A stretch of 64,000 nt of DNA, taken from contig CAVRUC010000007.1 of NCBI GenBank assembly GCA_963724295.1, forward strand, positions 256,001 to 320,000, given 5' to 3'. Source of the stretch: an uncultured Chloroflexia bacterium. GTDB taxonomy: Bacteria; Chloroflexota; Chloroflexia; Thermomicrobiales; UBA6265. A model generated the notes under the pieces. That model ran no database searches. It was not told where the DNA came from and was given only the letters and a program-made list of their open reading frames with translations. The first letter of the stretch is position 1, and each line of letters opens with the position of its first letter. A program made the translations under genes and the position numbers. This document shows positions 19,768-29,458 of the stretch, one piece after another.

Positions 19768-21441
19768 TCAGACGGGACGGCTACGCGAGGAAAGCCACCC
19801 CCTGATGTCGGCCGGCGACCAGCAGTTGAGGATCTGGTCCGGTCTCAGCCAGGCTCGCCTTCCCATTGCCACTCCGTACTCCATGAGCGAAAAGCCGGTC
19901 GGGTGATGGGCATCGCAATTGATTGTGATCAGGCAGCCTGCCTGACTGGCCCGGTAGGCCAGGGATGGATCGAGATCGAGGCGTGCAGGATCGGCGTTGA
20001 TTTCCAGCGCAGTGTCGGTTCTTGCGGCTATCTCGAAGACGCGGTCCCAGTCGAAATCCCCACCTTCCCGACGCTCGATCAAGCGTCCCGATGGGTGCGC
20101 AATGATGTCTACGTTCGGATTCTCCAGGACTCGTAGCAATCGGGCCATCAGGACTTCGCGCGGCTGACGCAATCCTGAATGGAGCGAGGCAACGACGACA
20201 TCGAGGCCAGCGAGCGTCTCGTCGTCGAAATCGAGCGAGCCGTCTCTGTGAACCTCGATCTCGGCGCCCGCCAACAGTGTCACGCCGGCTTCACCGTTTG
20301 CTTCGTCGATTTCGATGCGCTGAAGACCGAGTCGTTCGGCATCGAGCCCGCCCGCGACAGCCAGGCTGTGACTGTGATCGGTGATTCCCAGCAGGCTATA
20401 GCCGCGTGCAGCCGCCGCGTCCGCCATTTGTCGCACCGAGGCGGCGCCGTCGCTCCATGTGGTGTGGGCATGGAACTCGCCATGGATGTCAGCGAGGGTT
20501 ACCAACGACGAAATCTCTCCGGGACGCTCGAACTCTTCGCCTCCAGAACGGAGCTCGGGGGGAACGAACGGAAGCTCGAGACTCGCGTAAATCTCCTCTT
20601 CAGTCGCCGCTTCCTCCGGAATTGCCCCTAACCGCTCGATGTGCGCTGCATTCCCGGTTGCCCGAAGCAGGTCCGTCCCCCAGGACTCGGGGCGCGTCAG
20701 ATAGATGTCCGCTGAGAGCCCGCTGGCCAGGGAGGCTCGCATGGAGCTCTCGTCGATCCATTCGGCATCGGTCACCATGGCCAGAGAGGTGACAGCCGCA
20801 CTCGAGGCTTCGAAGTCGGTCGAACCGATGATGAAGTCCAGGTCGCCGACGGTAATCTCCCAACGCCGCGCGCTCCCCGCGAGGCTCAACAAATCTTGCG
20901 GTCTTAGAACCGAGTACGCCCCAATGAACGCTCTTGCCGCCGGCAGCGCGATGCCGATCGGCGTGCGTCCCGATCTGCGTTGCACGGACTCGATCCCGGC
21001 CATCATTGCCGATTCGGCGCGAGCGCCCAGCCCCTTGGCCGATCGCACCCGGCCAGAAACGAGCGCTGCTTCGAGCGCAGCGAGATTGTCTACGCCGAGT
21101 TCAGAGTAGACCCGCAGGGCTGTTTTTGCGCCGACTCCGGGGATTGCCACGAGTTCAATCAGCGACTCGGGGATACGCTCGGTTAACTGCAGATGGGCGT
21201 CAAAACTGCCCGTTTCCAGGATCTGCGTGATCGCTGCCGAAATGCCTTCGCCAACGGCTGGGATCTCGCGCAGTCGTCCCTCTGCGGCAAGTTTGCTAAC
21301 GCGCTCCGGATAAAGACGGAGCGACTCAGCGGCACGCGTGAATGCCCGCGTGCGAAACGGGCTTTCGCCCGCGATCTCCAGCAAACGGCCATGACGTTCC
21401 AGCATGTCGGCGATGGAGGAATTCGAGACGCCGGCGGTCAT
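19768..21441 (-). CDS. polX: DNA polymerase X / PHP domain protein
   Basis: GESPFRTRAF, GSARR, GDLDF; PHP motifs HAHTTWSDG, TDHS, IIAHP, NCDAH. Confidence 0.93.
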   Translation of the reverse strand: MTAGVSNSSIADMLERHGRLLEIAGESPFRTRAFTRAAESLRLYPERVSKLAAEGRLREIPAVGEGISAAITQILETGSFDAHLQLTERIPESLIELVAIPGVGAKTALRVYSELGVDNLAALEAALVSGRVRSAKGLGARAESAMMAGIESVQRRSGRTPIGIALPAARAFIGAYSVLRPQDLLSLAGSARRWEITVGDLDFIIGSTDFEASSAAVTSLAMVTDAEWIDESSMRASLASGLSADIYLTRPESWGTDLLRATGNAAHIERLGAIPEEAATEEEIYASLELPFVPPELRSGGEEFERPGEISSLVTLADIHGEFHAHTTWSDGAASVRQMADAAAARGYSLLGITDHSHSLAVAGGLDAERLGLQRIEIDEANGEAGVTLLAGAEIEVHRDGSLDFDDETLAGLDVVVASLHSGLRQPREVLMARLLRVLENPNVDIIAHPSGRLIERREGGDFDWDRVFEIAARTDTALEINADPARLDLDPSLAYRASQAGCLITINCDAHHPTGFSLMEYGVAMGRRAWLRPDQILNCWSPADIRGWLSSRSRPV

Positions 21442-22721
21442 GATGCCTTGGCGACGTGAATGCCGTTCCGGGAACTCGGCGATAAGCGCCGAAGATGCCG
21501 CTGAATCAGGCTGACAGTGGCCGGCGGGTGCTCGGCCAGGATCAACAGCACGTCCTTCGCGCGAAGCATGTTCAGCGCCTGCTGCACGGCGGTGCGCTCG
21601 TCGGAAGCCTGAAGGAATATGGGCGGAACCGTGTTGCCGGCGGCGCCGAGGCGCAGGCGTTCCAGGCGCTCGGCAGGCCATACCCCGTGCGCGATCAGAA
21701 CGCCGCCATTCCTGCCCAGAAGCCGTCCCACTTCTGCAAGGTCGTCAGTCGAGATTTCAATCATGGGACCAGCGACGCGAATCTGCCGCCCTGAACCGAG
21801 ATTCGCGGATGCCCGAAGCGAGGTGCGCAAAAACCAGGATGGCATGGGCCGGTCCACGACGATGGCCGCCGAGCCCAGATCGAACACGTTGAACGAGCCA
21901 GGCATTGATTCGGGTCGGGTTTCGTGGGCCGCCAGTCCCGCCGCTATCTGGCGCTCCGGGATACCGCATGACCGAGCAATGGCAGTCGCGATAAGCGCAT
22001 TCTGAACGGCGAATGGAATCGTGCCGTCCCGTGTGGAAGGCATCTGGCGAACGTCGGCAATAGACTGTGTCAGATCGCTCTCTCGAATCGTGACGGTGCC
22101 GCTCTCGACCCAGCAAGCGTCGCCTCCCCGCAGGATGTGGCGACGGAGCACAGGCGTGTCAGAGCTGATCCCAACCAGATACCGATGATCCAGATCCTCG
22201 GAACCACCGCTGTCATCAGAGACGGCAAAATCGTCGGCGTTCAGGACGAGACGGCCAGCAGGCGCAATGCTCGACTTGATGAGCTGGAGCGCTCTTCGAG
22301 CCTGCGCTGTCTCCGACGTGAAGAAACACGCCTCACTGTTCGCGCAGAGGTTAGCTACGGCTACGATCGGGTATTTCGCGCCGGGAGCACCGACAGTCGG
22401 CACCGTCGCCCAGTCCAGCTCCTGAAGTGCGATATCGAGACCACCCGCGGCCAGCCGCGTCAGAGCCCGAGACCAGGGGCCCAGCTCGCCCCGCTGATGT
22501 TCGCCCTCGATCTCGACACCACGATCAGTCCACGACGCGAACCGGTATCCGCCGAGACGAAGGATCGACTCTACGGCGCGCAAGACGCTGGTCTTGCCCT
22601 TTGAGCCGGCCACGGCGATTAACGGTGCCACCCGCTCGCGGTCGAGTCGCGCTCGCCAGTCTGCGAATCCGCTCGGGCGTGGAACGCGACGACGGTACCG
22701 TGCGACTGGATCGTCGATCAT
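21438..22721 (-). CDS. Mur-ligase-like protein resembling the cyanophycin synthetase C-terminal domain
   Basis: PLIAVAGSKGKTS P-loop, VLNADD, VQNALIA.A, PGSFN. Confidence 0.65.
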   Translation of the reverse strand: MIDDPVARYRRRVPRPSGFADWRARLDRERVAPLIAVAGSKGKTSVLRAVESILRLGGYRFASWTDRGVEIEGEHQRGELGPWSRALTRLAAGGLDIALQELDWATVPTVGAPGAKYPIVAVANLCANSEACFFTSETAQARRALQLIKSSIAPAGRLVLNADDFAVSDDSGGSEDLDHRYLVGISSDTPVLRRHILRGGDACWVESGTVTIRESDLTQSIADVRQMPSTRDGTIPFAVQNALIATAIARSCGIPERQIAAGLAAHETRPESMPGSFNVFDLGSAAIVVDRPMPSWFLRTSLRASANLGSGRQIRVAGPMIEISTDDLAEVGRLLGRNGGVLIAHGVWPAERLERLRLGAAGNTVPPIFLQASDERTAVQQALNMLRAKDVLLILAEHPPATVSLIQRHLRRLSPSSRNGIHVAKAS

Positions 22722-23347
22722 TGGCTTGACCGGCGGGGATCATGCTCGGCCAGTGCGTGCTGGAGCGCAGGAATGATCTCTCGAATCGCCACGCTGCGAT
22801 GACTCATTGCGTTCTTCTCCTCATCGAGAAGTTCGGCAACTGTTCGACCGTTTGGGAGCAGGAAGACCGAGTCGTAACCGAAGCCCCTGCTTCCCCGCTC
22901 GTGGTCAAGGATAGACCCGTTCAGCACTCCTTCGCTGGTTCGAACGACCCCGTCCGGGGTGGCGATAGTGACGGCGCACACAAATCGCGCGTCTCTTCGC
23001 CCCTGAGGGATGTCCGCTAACGCCGCAAGCAGTGCCTGGCGGTTTCTGGCGTCGTCCGGAGGCTCACCCGCAAATCGCGCGGAGCGCACACCCGGCGCAC
23101 CATCGAGCGCCTCGACTTCCAGTCCCGAATCGTCGCCAAGGGCCACCAAGCCCGACGCCTGGGCCGCGAGAACCGCCTTCAGATTAGCGTTCTCGCGCAG
23201 CGTCGCCCCGGTCTCTTCGGGTGACCCCAGTCCCAGATCGTGAAGACCGACGACGGCGATGTCGGGTGGAAGCAGGGCGCTGATCTCGCGGATCTTCCCC
23301 GGGTTCGAGCTCGCAACAAGAAGCTGGTACGTCAACGTGCTGTCCAT
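22718..23347 (-). CDS. rdgB: Non-canonical purine NTP pyrophosphatase (RdgB/HAM1)
   Basis: ASSNPGKIRE, DDSGLEVEALDGAPGVRSAR, GFGYD, SHR. Confidence 0.95.
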   Translation of the reverse strand: MDSTLTYQLLVASSNPGKIREISALLPPDIAVVGLHDLGLGSPEETGATLRENANLKAVLAAQASGLVALGDDSGLEVEALDGAPGVRSARFAGEPPDDARNRQALLAALADIPQGRRDARFVCAVTIATPDGVVRTSEGVLNGSILDHERGSRGFGYDSVFLLPNGRTVAELLDEEKNAMSHRSVAIREIIPALQHALAEHDPRRSSQ

Positions 23348-23366
23348 GACTAGCGATCTAGGTAAG

Positions 23367-24164
23367 CTACGCGACTCCCGGCAGGTCGAACAGTAGCGCA
23401 GCATTGCTTGACGTCAGCCGGCATAGCTCTTCTCCGCTCAAGTTCCAGAGCGGGCCAAGATCCGCGGCGATCCTGGGGAGATTGGCCGGCGTATTCCGGC
23501 GAGTCGCGGAACCCGGCGGAGCGAGATATGGCGAATCAGTTTCCAGCAGCAGCCGATCAACTGGGATCCGGACAAGCAGCTCGCGCAATGGTTGTGAAGA
23601 CCGACGGGTCGCCAGTCCACCGATCCCGACGAAGCAGCCGCGTTCTCTTGCCCAGTCCGCGAGGCGCTGTGTGCCGTCAAACGAATGAAGCACAATTGGG
23701 GCCAGGTTCGGCCAGTTCTCGAACTCCGCAATCAGCGCATCAGAGGCGTCGCGCTGATGGATGATGGTCGGAAGGCCGGCAGTAGCGGCAATCTCCAACT
23801 GTCCCCGTAGTGCTCGCTGCTGTTCATCGAAGCTTGGCGAGGATCTCGAGAAATCGAACCCGATTTCGCCGACGGCAACGGGAGCCAGATCCTCGATCGC
23901 TCGATTCAATTCGCGAATCAACGCGGAATCGAACTGTGCGGCAAGCTGCGGGTGCAGGCCAAGTGCGAAGTCGACTTCCGGATGTTGTTCCCGCAACATG
24001 CGTGACGATTCCCACCGTTCGGGCGCATAGCCGATATTGATGAAATGCCAGACGCCCGCGGCGCGAGACGCTTCGATGACAGTTTCCCGGTCGGCGTCGA
24101 ACGACGAGTCATCGAGATGTGTATGCGTATCGACGATAGGAGGCAGCGTTGATGCCTCGGTCAC
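23367..24164 (-). CDS. tatD: TatD family hydrolase
   Basis: DTHTHL, GLHP, VGEIGFD, LLETDSPYL. Confidence 0.93.
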   Translation of the reverse strand: MTEASTLPPIVDTHTHLDDSSFDADRETVIEASRAAGVWHFINIGYAPERWESSRMLREQHPEVDFALGLHPQLAAQFDSALIRELNRAIEDLAPVAVGEIGFDFSRSSPSFDEQQRALRGQLEIAATAGLPTIIHQRDASDALIAEFENWPNLAPIVLHSFDGTQRLADWARERGCFVGIGGLATRRSSQPLRELLVRIPVDRLLLETDSPYLAPPGSATRRNTPANLPRIAADLGPLWNLSGEELCRLTSSNAALLFDLPGVA

Positions 24165-25927
24165 TTCACCGTTACGCTCTTGGCGAGATTTCGCGGTCGG
24201 TCGGGATCGTTCCCGCGGGCTATCGCGGCGAAATATCCGAGAAGTTGACCTGGAACCGCCTCCACGATGGCATCAGCGAGCCCGGCCTCCGGTACCTCGA
24301 TGAAATCGTCAAATACGTCATGGCCGGAACTGCCGACACCGATGATGTATCCGCCTCGACTTCTCAGCTCTGCCGCCCCCGACAGGACGTCGGTCCGCGT
24401 GGCGCCGTTGGGAGCCAGGACCAGGCAGGGTGTGCCCGGCTCAACCAAGGCGATCACGCCGTGCTTCAGCTCGCCGGCGGCGAAACCCTCGGCGTGGATG
24501 TAGCTGACTTCCTTGATCTTGAGTGCCGCCTCCAAAGCGGATGGGTAATGTAGCCCGCGACCGACAACGAAGAGATGCTCCGCCTCGGTGAGGCGACTTG
24601 CGACCTCGCCGATTCGTTTGCGGCATCCGTTCACTAGCAAGGTTTCGATTGCATCGGCAGCGCGTAGCACGAGGTTCGCCCCGGTCAACCAGCGATCGTC
24701 GACTGCATGCGCGGCTAGCAGCAGAGTCGCAAGCATCGTGGTGTACGACTTCGTGGCCAGAACACACTGCTCGGGTCCGGCGCGGAGCAGCACCCGGGTG
24801 TCAACGGTTCGGTCTAGCGTCGACATTGGCGTATTGACGATCGCCGCAATATTGGCCCCTCGTTGGCTGGCCTCGGTCGTAGCATCGAGTACGTCGACAG
24901 TCTCTCCGCTCTGGGAGAGCGCGATGACCAAAGACCGGGAATCGAGCGTGCGGGAGCGATATCGAAACTCTGAGGCTGGAATCATGGTCACAGCACGACC
25001 GCAGATTTCTTCAAAAAGATAGACCCCTGCCATCGCCGCATTTCCTGCCGTGCCACAGCCAGTGACTATCAGCTTCTCTGCCGCCGTGATTGCCTGGACA
25101 AGCTCCTCGATTTCCTCTCGCCCCTCGCTGACCAGGCGCCGCAGCGCGGCCGGTTGCTCCGCAATCTCCTTTGACAGGAAATCCGGATACCCCGCCAGAG
25201 TGACTACAGCCATCTCGGTCCGTTGCGTAACCGATACCGGCGAAATCTGCCGCATTGACCTTCGATCGAATACGCGGACGCTGTCTGCGCTGAGCAAAGC
25301 CAATTGGTCGTCTTCGAGATAGATCAACTCGTCGGCGTGATCGTTCAGCGCGATGGCGTCGGAGGCGATGGTCGACCCACGGTCACTCAGGCCCAGGACA
25401 AGCGGCGACACGCGCTTCGCCGCGGCAAACTGCTGTTCGGCTCGATCCATGACAACGATGGCGTTGTATCCCTCGAGCAGGCTGAACACCATTGCAACCG
25501 CTTTGCCGAGGTCGCTGCCAGAAGCAAGTTCTTCCTCTACCAGGTGCGCGACAACGTCGCTGTCAGTGTCTGATTCGAATCGGTGGCCTCGCTGCAAGAG
25601 CTGCGCCCGCAGATCGACGTGATTCTCGATGATGCCGTTGTGGACGACAGCGATCCGTCGGAAACAATCGAGATGTGGATGGGAGTTCGCCGCCCGGACG
25701 CCGCCGTGGGTCGCCCAGCGCGTGTGCCCGATGCCTTGGGTGGACCTCGGATAGGAGCGGGTATGGCCGTTGATGCGGCCGACATCCTTGTGAACCAACA
25801 GGTCGTCGGGTGTCGCCAGCGCCAGGCCCCAGGAGTCGTAGCCTCGATATTCGAGGGTTTTCAACGCGGCAAGAACGGTCTCGCCGACGTCTCTCTGCTG
25901 GCCAACGTAGCCAAAAACGCCGCACAT
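24161..25927 (-). CDS. glmS: Glutamine--fructose-6-phosphate transaminase
   Basis: MCGVFG, LEYRGYDS, GHTRWATHG, SQSGET, ELKHG, PRNLAKSVTV. Confidence 0.97.
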   Translation of the reverse strand: MCGVFGYVGQQRDVGETVLAALKTLEYRGYDSWGLALATPDDLLVHKDVGRINGHTRSYPRSTQGIGHTRWATHGGVRAANSHPHLDCFRRIAVVHNGIIENHVDLRAQLLQRGHRFESDTDSDVVAHLVEEELASGSDLGKAVAMVFSLLEGYNAIVVMDRAEQQFAAAKRVSPLVLGLSDRGSTIASDAIALNDHADELIYLEDDQLALLSADSVRVFDRRSMRQISPVSVTQRTEMAVVTLAGYPDFLSKEIAEQPAALRRLVSEGREEIEELVQAITAAEKLIVTGCGTAGNAAMAGVYLFEEICGRAVTMIPASEFRYRSRTLDSRSLVIALSQSGETVDVLDATTEASQRGANIAAIVNTPMSTLDRTVDTRVLLRAGPEQCVLATKSYTTMLATLLLAAHAVDDRWLTGANLVLRAADAIETLLVNGCRKRIGEVASRLTEAEHLFVVGRGLHYPSALEAALKIKEVSYIHAEGFAAGELKHGVIALVEPGTPCLVLAPNGATRTDVLSGAAELRSRGGYIIGVGSSGHDVFDDFIEVPEAGLADAIVEAVPGQLLGYFAAIARGNDPDRPRNLAKSVTVK

Positions 25928-26047
25928 GCTATTCCCTCGCTTGCCGGCGCACCGGCGAAACGCATTCCGAATCGGCGTCCGAGCCCAGCGGGCTCCGCCG
26001 TCTTCGATGCTGAAAAGCGTGGGAATGTCGTGACCGAGATTGACCCA

Positions 26048-26190
26048 CACGCTGTCCGGAATTTGTCGGCGGATCACCCCGCCGGTTTGGGCCGGACATG
26101 ACGACCGTGCTAGCCGGGGAGCCACCCGCCGAATGGTTCGATCGGCTCCCACCTCGTCAACTCGCGTCCCCTGGCGAGTCCTGGCGCTTC
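26048..26190 (-). ncRNA. glmS ribozyme (GlcN6P-activated)
   Basis: AGCGCCAGGACT..P1..GTTGACGAGG..GGGAGCC GATCGAA..TTCGGCGGG..GGCTCCC core; P4 TGTCCGG/CCGGACA; predicted A^G cleavage at 26188/26187; upstream of glmS. Confidence 0.93.
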
Positions 26191-26348
26191 ACGTATAAGG
26201 AAAGGTCAAACCAACCCGAACATCCCGCACCCGGAGTGTAACCTCCGGGGATTCATCAATCAATCGCCTCCTATACTGCGGAACGCACTGCTGACGAAAT
26301 CGATCCTGGCCGACGAACGAGCCGCGGGAAGGGAGCGGGTGGGACAGG

Positions 26349-27689
26349 GTGATCGATCGCTATACCCGCCCGGAAATGGGCGCGATCTGGAGCGAGCGAC
26401 GGCGAATCGATGCCTGGCTCGCGGTCGAGAAAGCCGTGTGCGAGGCCTGGAACCGGCGGGGGCGAATCCCTGATGACGCGATGCCCGCGATTCGCGCTGC
26501 CACGTGCGATCTGGAGCGGATGCGGGCGATTGAACGGGAAGTCGATCACGACGTGATCGCCTTCTTGCGCGCAACCGGTGAGACGATTGGTCCTGGTGCT
26601 CGATTCGTCCACATCGGACTCACCAGCTCGGACGTCGTCGACACGGCACTTGGCATGCAAGCCGCTGCCGCAACGGACTTGATCCTGGCCGAGCTCAACC
26701 GACTCATCCAGATAGTCGGTCGCCAGGCTGTCTCCCATCGCGACACGCTGATAATCGGGCGAACGCACGGGATGCATGCCGAACCCACCACCCTGGGACT
26801 CAAGCTGGCTGTCTGGTATGACGAGCTGCGGCGCCAACGACGGCGGTTGGAGCTCGCGCGCGAAGATATCGCCGTGGGCAAGATCTCTGGCGCGGTCGGA
26901 ACGCACGCTCACGTTTCTCCGGATCTGGAGCAGGAGGTCTGTCAGGCGCTTGGTCTGGGAGTCGCTCCGGCGTCAACGCAGATTATTCAGCGCGACCGGC
27001 ACGCCTTCCTGCTGGCGGTGATAGCCGGCATCGGCGGAACGCTGGAGAAGTTCGCCACCGAGATCAGGCATCTGCAACGGTCTGAGGTCGGTGAAGTTGA
27101 AGAGCCGTTCGATCCCGGAAATCAGGGATCCTCGGCCATGCCGCACAAAAGAAATCCACATGCATCGGAGCGAATCACCGGCCTGGCTCGTCTCCTACGT
27201 GGGTACGCGGCCACCGCGGCTGAGAACAATGCGCTCTGGCACGAGCGCGACATTAGCCATAGTTCTACGGAACGGGTGATCATGCCCGACGCGTGTATCG
27301 TCCTCGATTTCATGATTCACGAGATGGCTGACATCCTCGAACGGTTGGTGGTTCATGCAGACAGAATGCTCGAAAACCTCCGTCTAACCGGGGGCCTGAT
27401 CTATTCGCAGCCCGTATTGCTGGCCCTCGTCGATGCGGGTATGGATCGCCAGGCGGCCTACAAGTTGGTTCAAGGACACGCGCATCAGTCACTTTCGGGC
27501 GGTCCGGCGTTTCAGGACGGCCTGGCCGCCGACCCATCGATCGCGGAGTGGCTGGGTCCAGAGGAGTTGTCATCGCTTTTCGACCCGATGCGCCAGCTTC
27601 AGCACGTCAATGCGATCTTCGCCCGACTCGGGCTTGATGATCGGCTAACAACGTACGAAGCGAGGGGAGACCGTCGAGCGGAGAATTAA
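26349..27689 (+). CDS. purB: Adenylosuccinate lyase
   Basis: MIDRYTRPEM, GRTHGMHAEP, GSSAMPHKRNP. Confidence 0.97.
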   Translation: MIDRYTRPEMGAIWSERRRIDAWLAVEKAVCEAWNRRGRIPDDAMPAIRAATCDLERMRAIEREVDHDVIAFLRATGETIGPGARFVHIGLTSSDVVDTALGMQAAAATDLILAELNRLIQIVGRQAVSHRDTLIIGRTHGMHAEPTTLGLKLAVWYDELRRQRRRLELAREDIAVGKISGAVGTHAHVSPDLEQEVCQALGLGVAPASTQIIQRDRHAFLLAVIAGIGGTLEKFATEIRHLQRSEVGEVEEPFDPGNQGSSAMPHKRNPHASERITGLARLLRGYAATAAENNALWHERDISHSSTERVIMPDACIVLDFMIHEMADILERLVVHADRMLENLRLTGGLIYSQPVLLALVDAGMDRQAAYKLVQGHAHQSLSGGPAFQDGLAADPSIAEWLGPEELSSLFDPMRQLQHVNAIFARLGLDDRLTTYEARGDRRAEN

Positions 27690-27774
27690 AACGACATATC
27701 CCCTGAGATCAAATCTACTTTGACGCGTCCCCGAACCGCTCCTAGAATCGCCCGCAGCATGCCAGCGCGGAGAC

Positions 27775-28959
27775 ATGCCGAAAGGACAACTGAACGTTGT
27801 GACCACCGGTCACGAAGACGATGTTCAAAAGACCGAATCGGACGACGCGGAATTGCGCGAAACCGCGCTACGGCGGCGTCACGAAGAGCTAGGGGCGCGG
27901 CTGATCCCGTTCGCCGGCTGGCTCATGCCTGTTCAATACACCGGGATTGTCGACGAACATCGAACCGTGCGGTCCGCCGCTGGTCTCTTCGATCTCGGAC
28001 ACATGGGGCAAGTCCGCGTCACCGGCGCCGATGCTCTCCCATATCTTCAACTCATGACGACCAACGATGTCTCGGTCCTGGCGCCCGGAGACGCGCAATA
28101 CTCGCTCTTGCCAAACGAGCAGGGCGGGGTCATCGACGACATCATCGTCTACCGGTTACCGGATGAGCCCGGATTCCTGGTCGTGGTCAACGCGGCCAAC
28201 CATGCCAAGGATGTGACCTGGATGCAGGAGCAGCGGTCCGCCCGGCCAGAGCTCGAGGTGGACGTCGACGATGTTTCCGAATCACTTGGCATGATCGCGA
28301 TCCAGGGTCCAAACGCCGCGGCAATCGTGGCCGAGCTAACCGACACCGACTTGTCTGGACTTGATCCTTTTCACATCGTTCGCGCGACCGTCGCCGGTCT
28401 GCCCGTGCTCGCCGCCCGAACTGGATACACTGGCGAAGACGGGTTTGAGTTCTACGTGCCGCAGGAGCAGACCGTCGCGCTCTGGGACGCGCTCTTTGCG
28501 GCCGGCGTGGCGAGGGGTCTCAAGCCGATTGGACTCGGCGCGCGCGATACACTTCGGCTCGAAGCGCGCATGCCACTGTACGGGAACGAACTCGCGGACG
28601 ACATCAGTCCAATCGAAGCCGGCCTCGGGTGGGCGGTCAAACTTGGCAAAGGGCCATTCATCGGGCGTGACGCTATTGCCGCGGTCAAGGAGTCGGGTCC
28701 GGCGCGGCGAACAGTCGGATTCCAGCTCCTGGAGAGGGCCGGTTCGGCAAGACATGGCTACCCGGTGAAATTGGACGAGCGAGACGTCGGGCTTGTGACC
28801 AGCGGCGCGCATTCACCAACTCTGGGCAGCGAGATCGGTCTGGCGCTTGTCGAGGCTGACGTAGCTGGGGTAGGCAAACCGCTGCACGTCGTCATCCGCG
28901 GCCGACCCGTCAGGGCAGAACAAGTCAAGCTTCCCTTCTATCGACGAGCCCGCGACTGA
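27775..28959 (+). CDS. gcvT: Glycine cleavage system aminomethyltransferase T
   Basis: FAGWLMPVQY, GLFDLGHMG, RTGYTGEDGFE, GLGARDTLRLEA. Confidence 0.96.
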   Translation: MPKGQLNVVTTGHEDDVQKTESDDAELRETALRRRHEELGARLIPFAGWLMPVQYTGIVDEHRTVRSAAGLFDLGHMGQVRVTGADALPYLQLMTTNDVSVLAPGDAQYSLLPNEQGGVIDDIIVYRLPDEPGFLVVVNAANHAKDVTWMQEQRSARPELEVDVDDVSESLGMIAIQGPNAAAIVAELTDTDLSGLDPFHIVRATVAGLPVLAARTGYTGEDGFEFYVPQEQTVALWDALFAAGVARGLKPIGLGARDTLRLEARMPLYGNELADDISPIEAGLGWAVKLGKGPFIGRDAIAAVKESGPARRTVGFQLLERAGSARHGYPVKLDERDVGLVTSGAHSPTLGSEIGLALVEADVAGVGKPLHVVIRGRPVRAEQVKLPFYRRARD

Positions 28960-28995
28960 AAATACTGCAGGAATCAGGAGGAGACCGCTACACCA

Positions 28996-29385
28996 ATGGA
29001 ATCGCCAGCGGACCGCAAATACACAAAGACTCACGAGTGGGTGGCGCTCGACGGTGACGTAGCGACAATCGGAGTCACCGATTTCGCGCAATCAGAGCTC
29101 GGTGATATCACCTACCTGGAGCTGCCGGAAGTCGGCGACACGATCGCTCTCGACCAGGCGTTCGGCATCATCGAGTCCGTCAAGGCCGCCAACGATATCT
29201 TTTCCCCGGTAGACGGGGACGTCGTCGAGCGCAACGAAGACGTGGTGGCAGCCCCGGAGAAGATCAACGCGTCACCGTATGACGACGCCTGGCTGGTTCG
29301 CATCCGCCTCGCCGATCCGACACAGCTCGACGCTCTGATGTCGGCTGAGGAGTACGCAGAGCTGGCCAAGTCTTCCGCACACTAG
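28996..29385 (+). CDS. gcvH: Glycine cleavage system H protein
   Basis: YTKTHEW; IESVKA lipoyl-lysine motif. Confidence 0.97.
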   Translation: MESPADRKYTKTHEWVALDGDVATIGVTDFAQSELGDITYLELPEVGDTIALDQAFGIIESVKAANDIFSPVDGDVVERNEDVVAAPEKINASPYDDAWLVRIRLADPTQLDALMSAEEYAELAKSSAH

Positions 29386-29458
29386 CGGTCGCGGCAGCGG
29401 TTCGGGCGTCGGCAATAGATTCTATTTTCCGGGTCGACTAGAGCACAGAAAGACATTC

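Noticed and set aside
21442..21681. N-terminal extension of PolX in the ORF track
   Set aside because: Overlaps the upstream gene; true start at 21441 by ATGA coupling
25928..26152. N-terminal extension of GlmS in the ORF track
   Set aside because: GlmS needs Cys at position 2; the extension is the ribozyme leader
27690..27774. Glycine riboswitch before gcvT
   Set aside because: Region too short; no GGAGA/CCGAAG/CTCTCAGG motifs
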